From: Bdellovibrionales bacterium
GTDB lineage: Bacteria > Bdellovibrionota > Bdellovibrionia > Bdellovibrionales > UBA1609
DNA length: 64,000 nt
Direction of reading: 5' to 3'
Assembly: GCA_050246815.1 (NCBI GenBank)
Contig: JBFWVI010000004.1
Location: 1 to 64,000 of the forward strand
The notes under the pieces were generated by a model. It worked only from the letters and a program-made list of their open reading frames with translations. It was not told where the DNA came from and searched no databases. Below, piece by piece: positions 57,936 to 64,000 of the stretch. The position numbers and the translations under genes were made by a program. The stretch's first letter is position 1; each line of letters begins with the position of its first letter.

Positions 57936-59332
57936 TATTCACACCACTCGGCCAACGCCGTCATCATCACCGGGCCACCACCCGCCCACTCCGGTTTGAT
58001 GCCCATGCTTTTTAATGCGGACTCCAAACAAGGTTGCAGGGCATTGGCCAAAGGACCACACACCAAAACCTCACCCGTGCCCACGGGAACCTGCGCGGCC
58101 AATCGACGAGCGGCCTCCCATTCAAGACCCACGGCCATGTCTTTGGGGCTTGGCGGACGAGCAGCACCGCCCGATTGCCGGCCTAGGGCGGTTAAGGCCT
58201 CTTCAATGCGGCCCTTGGCTTTTTCACTTAACCTCTCGCTAAAGCCCGGAATTTCACCCAAGCGATCTTGGATCCACAAAATATCCAAACACTGTGGCAC
58301 CAAACCTTTGCCCAAGCTCATCGGGCCTGGCTCAAAACCGCCTTCAACGTGATCAAAGCCGGCGCTACCCCAAAAGGTTTTCAACACCAACTGAGTGGCC
58401 TGCATTTCGCAGCGTACAAATCCCGGATGAGTCACCGCCACCGGGCCAAAATCTGAGCGCCATTGTTTTTTCTCGGGCCAACGGCCGTCCAAAAGGAAAA
58501 AATCTTCTACACCCAAATAGAGCAACCCCTGCACCCCACATTTTTGCCGCCATTTGTGCAAAACCAAAAGAGAGCCAAACAGGCTGTCCACCGGGGCGCG
58601 GTCAAGTTGAGTGTCATCCAAAGGTCCGCTGCCCCCCAACCAACGCAACCGTGCGCTTGAGTGGCCGCTGGCCTCTAGAGCGCCCTTGAGTTCGGTGGTC
58701 ATCTCGCGATGGCGGTGCCCCAAATAAGCATTGGTGATGGCCGTCCACCAGCGCGCCACTTCATAGTCGCAGCCTTCGGATTCATAGCTCATATGCACGC
58801 GAAAGCCCTGGTCGCGCAGAAACTGCCCCACCAGTTGTTCATGAGCAGGGTTCATATTGGCGTGGACCAAACCCACGGCCACCTCTTCAACTTTGTTCAA
58901 TTTCAATTTTGCGGCCAAAAATTCCAAGTCAGCCACTTCGACCGCTTTTTCGGATTTGCCATCGGGCGACATCCGCTCGCTGATACCAAAAACCAAATTA
59001 TTCTCCAGAATGGAGGACACGCGTTCAGCAGCCACCGTGAAGTGGGCCTGTTTGACGGGCCGATTCATGGTCAACCATTGCTCAAAACCCGAGGTCACCA
59101 AAAAGGCTGGGGCCGAGCCCAAACGACGGCGTAAAACCCCATGCAGGGATTTACTCGCCACGACCAACTCACTTAGAGGTGTTTGATTGTGCTCGGTTAG
59201 AAATTGTGTGACGGCCTTGGGCAGCGAGTCGCGCCCTAAATACCAGCGGCGAACCGGACCCAGTTTTTGATCCGTCACCAACCCTATTTCGGCGAATGAC
59301 TCGCCTATGTATAAGACTGCACTTGTTGGCAT
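57935..59332 (-). CDS. Hydantoinase A/oxoprolinase-like protein (divergent, shortened)
   Basis: LVT.GF, ERM..DG, VAV..VHA..NP.HE, NAYL and G..PGP motifs; start taken at MPTSAV (59332). Confidence 0.75.
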   Translation of the reverse strand: MPTSAVLYIGESFAEIGLVTDQKLGPVRRWYLGRDSLPKAVTQFLTEHNQTPLSELVVASKSLHGVLRRRLGSAPAFLVTSGFEQWLTMNRPVKQAHFTVAAERVSSILENNLVFGISERMSPDGKSEKAVEVADLEFLAAKLKLNKVEEVAVGLVHANMNPAHEQLVGQFLRDQGFRVHMSYESEGCDYEVARWWTAITNAYLGHRHREMTTELKGALEASGHSSARLRWLGGSGPLDDTQLDRAPVDSLFGSLLVLHKWRQKCGVQGLLYLGVEDFFLLDGRWPEKKQWRSDFGPVAVTHPGFVRCEMQATQLVLKTFWGSAGFDHVEGGFEPGPMSLGKGLVPQCLDILWIQDRLGEIPGFSERLSEKAKGRIEEALTALGRQSGGAARPPSPKDMAVGLEWEAARRLAAQVPVGTGEVLVCGPLANALQPCLESALKSMGIKPEWAGGGPVMMTALAEWCE

Positions 59333-59387
59333 ACTTGATCGTCTGTTAAGTATATTCGCTGACCCAATCTTGACAAAGGAATTATCC

Positions 59388-60485
59388 GTGAAGGTCTCAA
59401 GTGACATCCTGAGTCTGACGCCTTATCGGCCTGGCAAGCCCATCGCCGAAGCCAAACGCGAACTGGGCCTTAACACAGTCTACAAACTTGCCAGCAACGA
59501 AAACCCCTTGGGCCCAAGTCCAGCGGTGGTCACCGCGATTCAAGCGGAACTCGGTGAATTGCACCGTTACCCCGACGCCGCCTGCTTTGAAATGCTTGAG
59601 GCTTATTCACAACACTTGAAGGTGGGCAAAGAACAGATCGCCTGTGGCAATGGCTCCAACGAGCTGATCGACCTGCTGATCCGGATCTACTGCGAGCCTG
59701 GTGATGCAATTTTGACTTCGCAAGCGGCCTTTATCGCTTACAAGATTGGCGCTCAAGCCGCACGCGTTCGTACGGTCGAAACGGCTTTGACTCAGACCGG
59801 TGGCTACGACCTTCAAGCCATGAGTGCCGCGCTTCAAAAAGACGAAAAAATCCGCCTGATTTTTATCGCCAACCCCAATAACCCCACCGGCACCTACGTC
59901 ACGCAAAAAGAACTTGAGATTTTTTTGAGCGAATGCGCCAAACGCCAAGTTCTGGTCATTTTGGATGAGGCTTACGTGGAGTTCGTGCGCGCCAAGGATT
60001 ATGTCTCTGGGTTGTCTTTACGCCAAAAATTCCAGAACCTGGTGGTCCTAAGAACCATGAGCAAAGTCTACGGGCTAGCTGGCCTTCGAGTGGGTTTTGC
60101 CATCGCGGCCCCCGAAGTGATCGATCTTTTAAACAGAGTGCGCAATCCATTCAATGTCAACCAATTGGCACAGGTGGCCACAGTGGCCGCATTGAAGGAT
60201 CAAGGCCATGTGCGGCGTGTTCTTGAAATGACCCATAAAGGCCTGGATGCCTTGACTGAAGCGGCCCAGCAGCTTCAGCTGCCTTTTTTTCAATCACAGG
60301 CCAATTTTCTGCTGATTGACTGCCTTCAGGATTCCGAGAAAGTATTTAACGCATTACTCAGACGAGGAGTCATCACCCGGCCTGTGAAGAATTATGGCCT
60401 GATGACCCATCTGCGCATCAGCGTGGGCCTCGAAGAAGAAAATCAAGCCGCGATCACCGGATTGAAAGCGATCTTGAATTCGTAA
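59388..60485 (+). CDS. hisC: Histidinol-phosphate aminotransferase
   Basis: PY.PGKP, KLASNENPLG, GNGSNE, NPNNPTG, DEAY.E, RT.SK.YGLAGLRVG; GTG at 59388 after AAGGA. Confidence 0.93.
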   Translation: MKVSSDILSLTPYRPGKPIAEAKRELGLNTVYKLASNENPLGPSPAVVTAIQAELGELHRYPDAACFEMLEAYSQHLKVGKEQIACGNGSNELIDLLIRIYCEPGDAILTSQAAFIAYKIGAQAARVRTVETALTQTGGYDLQAMSAALQKDEKIRLIFIANPNNPTGTYVTQKELEIFLSECAKRQVLVILDEAYVEFVRAKDYVSGLSLRQKFQNLVVLRTMSKVYGLAGLRVGFAIAAPEVIDLLNRVRNPFNVNQLAQVATVAALKDQGHVRRVLEMTHKGLDALTEAAQQLQLPFFQSQANFLLIDCLQDSEKVFNALLRRGVITRPVKNYGLMTHLRISVGLEEENQAAITGLKAILNS

Positions 60486-60499
60486 AGGACTTTGAAAGC

Positions 60500-61174
60500 T
60501 TGGCCAAAACAACCCGCACCTTTGTGGTGACCATCGATGGACCCTCGGCTTCCGGCAAATCGTCGGTGTCACGTGAGCTTGCTCGCCGTCATGGCTGGAA
60601 ATGGGTTTCGACAGGTGCCTTCTACCGTGGACTTGCGGTGGTTGCGCGCGCCCGCAAAGTGGCGCTGAATGATGAAGCCGCCTTGGTTGCATTGGCTGAA
60701 AGTGATGTTTGGGAAGTGCGGCTGGACCCGAACTTGACCATGGTGTTGTTGAATGGCCAAGATGTCACAGAGCAGATCTATCGCGAAGAAACCGGTGCCG
60801 ATGCCTCGATTATTAGCCAAATCCCCAAAGTTCGACAAAGTCTTTTAGAGGCTCAGCGCAACTGTGCGGTTGGAGTCAAAGGACTCGTCGCCGAAGGCCG
60901 CGATTGCGGAACCGTGGTTTTTCCCGATGCCCAAGTAAAAATCTATCTGACCGCCCACAGCGAAAACCGCATTGAACGCCGTGCCCGTGAAGAGGGCAAA
61001 TCCAAAGATAACTTAAGGGCGGCGCAAACCAAACGCGATCACCAGGACAGCACTCGAAAATCCGCTCCACTTCAAGTGCCCGAAAATGCCCATGTGGTCG
61101 ACACCAGTGATTTGGATTTGCCGTCTGTGATCGACACAGTCGACGCCCTGGTCAAAGAAGCAATGCGATCTTGA
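60500..61174 (+). CDS. cmk: Cytidylate kinase
   Basis: IDGPSASGKS, TGA.YR, EGRD.GTVVFPDA, RD..DS.R..APL. Confidence 0.95.
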   Translation: MAKTTRTFVVTIDGPSASGKSSVSRELARRHGWKWVSTGAFYRGLAVVARARKVALNDEAALVALAESDVWEVRLDPNLTMVLLNGQDVTEQIYREETGADASIISQIPKVRQSLLEAQRNCAVGVKGLVAEGRDCGTVVFPDAQVKIYLTAHSENRIERRAREEGKSKDNLRAAQTKRDHQDSTRKSAPLQVPENAHVVDTSDLDLPSVIDTVDALVKEAMRS

Positions 61175-61241
61175 AGCTGACTTCAGGCCTCAGCCTCTGA
61201 CCTCTGTTTTAGCTCTGGCCATCTTTTCTTAAGTCTATTTC

Positions 61242-61520
61242 TTATCTGAGCTTCTGCACGCAGCAAACCATGACCGTTTCAAGATTGGACCGTCGGCCAT
61301 CATTTTTGATCTGTCCTGGCACAACGCTGAAAGCGTAGTTCAAATCGCAACGCTCATTCATCACTCTTCCCGCGCCTTCCCACGCCGAGTCCATGCAAGT
61401 CGCAACCGGTGTCGTTTGAGCCGGTTCACGACTAGGACTCGCAGGCTTTTGTGGCATCGCACAACTCGCCATAAGGCACAGACTCAAAATCCAAAAAACG
61501 GCTTGAATTTGTTTTTTCAT
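61242..61520 (-). CDS. Small Cys-rich lipoprotein
   Basis: Lipobox MASC, REPA motif, AGGGAG SD. Confidence 0.65.
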   Translation of the reverse strand: MKKQIQAVFWILSLCLMASCAMPQKPASPSREPAQTTPVATCMDSAWEGAGRVMNERCDLNYAFSVVPGQIKNDGRRSNLETVMVCCVQKLR

Positions 61521-61563
61521 TTTACTCGCTCCCTTTTCTCTAAAATGACGCAGCGCTAAACCA

Positions 61564-61582
61564 AAAGGTGCCAGGCACCTTT
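61564..61582. repeat. REP-like perfect palindrome
   Basis: AAAGGTGCC-A-GGCACCTTT abutting the ilvA stop codon. Confidence 0.65.
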
Positions 61583-62786
61583 AAAGCACGCGGGCGCCGG
61601 TGGCGGCTAGGGCTTCGCGTAGCTTGGCGATGTGCTCGTTGCTTTTGGTTTCAACTAAAAATTCGATGCCGGTTTCACTGATCAAAAGATCAGGCCGCAG
61701 ACGATCATGTTTCACATCCAAAACATTGGCTTGTTCGGCTGCCAGTGCATTGGTCAAACGCTGCAACGTGCCCGGGCGATCCGGCACCACCACGCTCAAA
61801 CGCGCCAGACGACCCTTTCGGCTCAAACCCCGCTCGATCACCATCGAAACAATATTCAAATCGATATTGCCACCGCTTAAAACCAGACAGGTTTTTTTAC
61901 CCAAATCCCATTTGGCTTTGGCCGCAGCGGCAAGCACGGTGGCGCCGGACCCCTCAACCACTGTTTTCGCACGCTCCAACAACCACACGATGGCCTCGGC
62001 AATTTCGTCATCGTTGACCGCAATGATGTCGTCCACTAAGCGGCTGATGTAGTTTTTGTGCATCTCTGGGGTGGGTTTTTTCACGGCGATGCCATCGGCA
62101 ATGGTCAAAGCACTATCCATCTCATCAATCTTTTGGCCTTTAAACAAGCGCATCATGCCTGTCGCTTGGCTTGAAACCACGCCATAAATCTTGCACGAGG
62201 GCCGTAAAACCTTCACCGCCGTAGCCACCCCACTGATCAATCCACCGCCACCTATCGGAACCACCACGGAGTCCAGATCCGGCAAATCCTTGATCAACTC
62301 CAGGCCCAAAGTTCCTTGTCCGGCAATGGTCATGGGATCATTGAAAGCGTGAACAAAAGTATAGCCCTTTTCTCTTTCAAGCTGCTTGGCGTGAGCATAG
62401 GCTTCGTCGTAGTGCTGCCCATACAATACGATTTCAGCACCATAACTTTGCGTCGCCATCACCTTGATCAATGGTGAATTCACCGGCATCACGATGCGCG
62501 CTTTAGCACCCATGCGAGTCGCTGAAAATGCCACACCTTGGGCATGATTGCCGGCACTGCTGGCCACGATGCCCCGGGCACGCTCTTCAGGCGATAGACT
62601 TAAAATCTTATTCAATGCACCGCGAATTTTAAAACTGCCGGTGGTCTGTTGGTTTTCAAGCTTGAAGTGGACTTCGGATCCTAGCCATTCGCTGGCACTG
62701 CGGGAATGATTAAGCGGCGTGTGCGCCGCAGTTCCTTTGATTCGCTCGGCGGCGTTTTGAATATCGACAAGGGTAACATTCGACAT
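61581..62786 (-). CDS. ilvA: Threonine ammonia-lyase with single ACT domain
   Basis: KLEN.Q.TGSFKIRG, SAGNHAQG, PIGGGGL, SGGN, VPDRPG. Confidence 0.95.
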   Translation of the reverse strand: MSNVTLVDIQNAAERIKGTAAHTPLNHSRSASEWLGSEVHFKLENQQTTGSFKIRGALNKILSLSPEERARGIVASSAGNHAQGVAFSATRMGAKARIVMPVNSPLIKVMATQSYGAEIVLYGQHYDEAYAHAKQLEREKGYTFVHAFNDPMTIAGQGTLGLELIKDLPDLDSVVVPIGGGGLISGVATAVKVLRPSCKIYGVVSSQATGMMRLFKGQKIDEMDSALTIADGIAVKKPTPEMHKNYISRLVDDIIAVNDDEIAEAIVWLLERAKTVVEGSGATVLAAAAKAKWDLGKKTCLVLSGGNIDLNIVSMVIERGLSRKGRLARLSVVVPDRPGTLQRLTNALAAEQANVLDVKHDRLRPDLLISETGIEFLVETKSNEHIAKLREALAATGARVL

Positions 62787-62794
62787 GCCCCTAT

Positions 62795-63022
62795 TCAGAA
62801 GTTTTCCCAGTAAACCGTCAAGCCCTGAATCGGATTATATTCGCCCTCTAAGCGAGGCGGACGTAACGTGCTATCACCACTGACAATGGTGAAGCGATCA
62901 TCGAAATAGTAAAATGGTGCAAGGCTTCGGTGGCAGTCCGAACAATGAAGTGTCGGCGTGTCCTTTTTGACATTCAAATAGCCGCAATGATGACAGCGGC
63001 GATAGTGGGCGGGCTGTTCCAT
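62795..63022 (-). CDS. Small zinc-ribbon protein
   Basis: CHHC...CSDC; GGAG SD; co-oriented with ilvA. Confidence 0.7.
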   Translation of the reverse strand: MEQPAHYRRCHHCGYLNVKKDTPTLHCSDCHRSLAPFYYFDDRFTIVSGDSTLRPPRLEGEYNPIQGLTVYWENF

Positions 63023-63382
63023 AAAAGCACTCCATCTTTATCCCCCCACGACCAATTACATCCAACCAGGCCTAGAATACCAAAGAGACCGATTTTTCAC
63101 CATTACATCGAGCCTAAATATTTAATATCACAATGAAATTGTGTATAATGACTTTACGCGTTAAAGACTCATTTTGAACTCCGCTAAGGATTTCGCAGAG
63201 ATTTTGTGTCAGGTCATTAGTCATTAAGGCGTGGTGCGGCGCAGCGTAATTGTGCCCAAACTGCTGCCCCAACTCAATTTGAGCATGCGGCGAGGACGTG
63301 TAATTTTGTCCTCAAGCCTTCGTCGTATTTGACCCCCTGATCCGCCACTTTTAGTCTGACGCCAAATAAAAAGGGAGAACTC

Positions 63383-63943
63383 GTGAAATTCCTAAGTTCG
63401 ATTGTTTGCGCCATCAGTTTAGTCAGCTCTTCTGCTTGGACGAATGAAATTCAAAGCCAACGTGCCAAACCCCAACCGCTCAAAAAAGAGGTCGAAGTGA
63501 CCAACACGACCTTCGCTCAGCTGATCTGGGAAGCCTTGTCGCAGAACCTGACCCCAGAAGTCGACAATCGCATCGGCTTCAGCGAAACCACCTACAATGT
63601 GGATATGGGTTTAAGCTGCTCAAGACAATGGGGCTCTGGAGCGCCCGTTCGAGGCAAGTCCCGTTACAAGTTTTCGTGCGTTCTGCTACCCGATAGCGGT
63701 TGGCGCGACATGGGCAGCAAAACCTATGGCAGCGGCAGTAACGAAAAGTTTTCGCGAAGCTTGTACAACGCCTTAGGTGTGGAAGAGGTTGTCGAAGAAG
63801 GCCTCGGTACAAAAGCCATCGAACTCAATGTGCCAGATGGCGAAGGTGGCACCGAGCGCAATCTTTTGACCTGCATTTCGCCCAAAACCAAAAAAGCAAA
63901 AGAATTCTTTCGCACTTCTTGTTCGCTGATGAATGCGTTGTAA
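63383..63943 (+). CDS. Secreted hypothetical protein
   Basis: AGGGAG SD, GTG start, signal peptide. Confidence 0.7.
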   Translation: MKFLSSIVCAISLVSSSAWTNEIQSQRAKPQPLKKEVEVTNTTFAQLIWEALSQNLTPEVDNRIGFSETTYNVDMGLSCSRQWGSGAPVRGKSRYKFSCVLLPDSGWRDMGSKTYGSGSNEKFSRSLYNALGVEEVVEEGLGTKAIELNVPDGEGGTERNLLTCISPKTKKAKEFFRTSCSLMNAL

Positions 63944-63950
63944 TCGGATG

Positions 63951-63988
63951 ACTTAAAGAGCGTCAGGCTCAGCCGACGCTCTTTGAGT
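63951..63988 (+). terminator. Intrinsic terminator-like hairpin
   Basis: ACTTAAAGAGCGTC-aggctcagcc-GACGCTCTTTGAGT followed by TTT, 7 nt after the stop codon. Confidence 0.7.
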
Positions 63989-64000
63989 TTTGATGTTAAA

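Noticed and set aside
59307..59407. Apparent head-to-head overlap of hisC and hydantoinase A
   Set aside because: Artifact of longest-ORF starts. Likely starts at 59332 (-) and 59388 (+) leave a 55-bp gap.
63023..63382. Possible ncRNA or riboswitch in the 360-bp intergenic gap (hairpins such as GAGGAC...GTCCTC)
   Set aside because: Short hairpins only, with no family motif recognisable by eye. An Rfam search would be needed.
1..64000. CRISPR arrays, tRNA/rRNA genes, and the many short antisense or alternate-frame ORFs in the track
   Set aside because: No repeat-spacer periodicity or RNA-gene signatures seen. The short ORFs lie within well-supported genes and carry no motifs.

Overview
Chromosomal window, probably from a Bdellovibrionota-like bacterium (inferred from the FQNC-type lipoprotein, vWA lipoprotein, receiver-STAS protein and gene repertoire). 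There are three blocks of interest. (1) 184-26464 is an apparently complete biosynthetic cluster built on an enediyne-PKS (PKSE)-like iterative type I PKS with the order KS-AT-ACP-ACP-ACP*-KR-DH-PPTase-TE-TE. It carries its own phosphopantetheinyl transferase and two fused hot-dog thioesterases, and no recognisable E3/E4/E5 enediyne cassette genes. It is flanked by a divergent operon (trans-enoyl reductase, DUF2306-like membrane protein, Ser/Thr kinase-ATPase-GAF-PP2C, retinol-saturase-like flavoprotein) and by lipid-export genes (MMPL, ABC, chalcone-isomerase-fold protein, LolA-like protein, beta-barrel). This is a candidate new polyene or partially reduced lipid pathway. (2) 33243-35975 holds a monoheme cytochrome-beta-barrel fusion with Cyc2-like architecture, flanked by two c-type cytochromes. 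(3) 40137-55368 is a low-oxygen/nitrite island (nrdJ, nirK-cytochrome c, NirV-like, SCO, PLP decarboxylase, Crp/Fnr, nnrS, porins, symporter). It is bracketed by two diverged 94-bp copies of the 3' end of a large, frameshifted secreted-protein gene. The right end carries a degenerate hydantoinase A/B pair and housekeeping genes (hisC, cmk, ilvA). No rRNA, tRNA, CRISPR array, integrase or transposase was seen.
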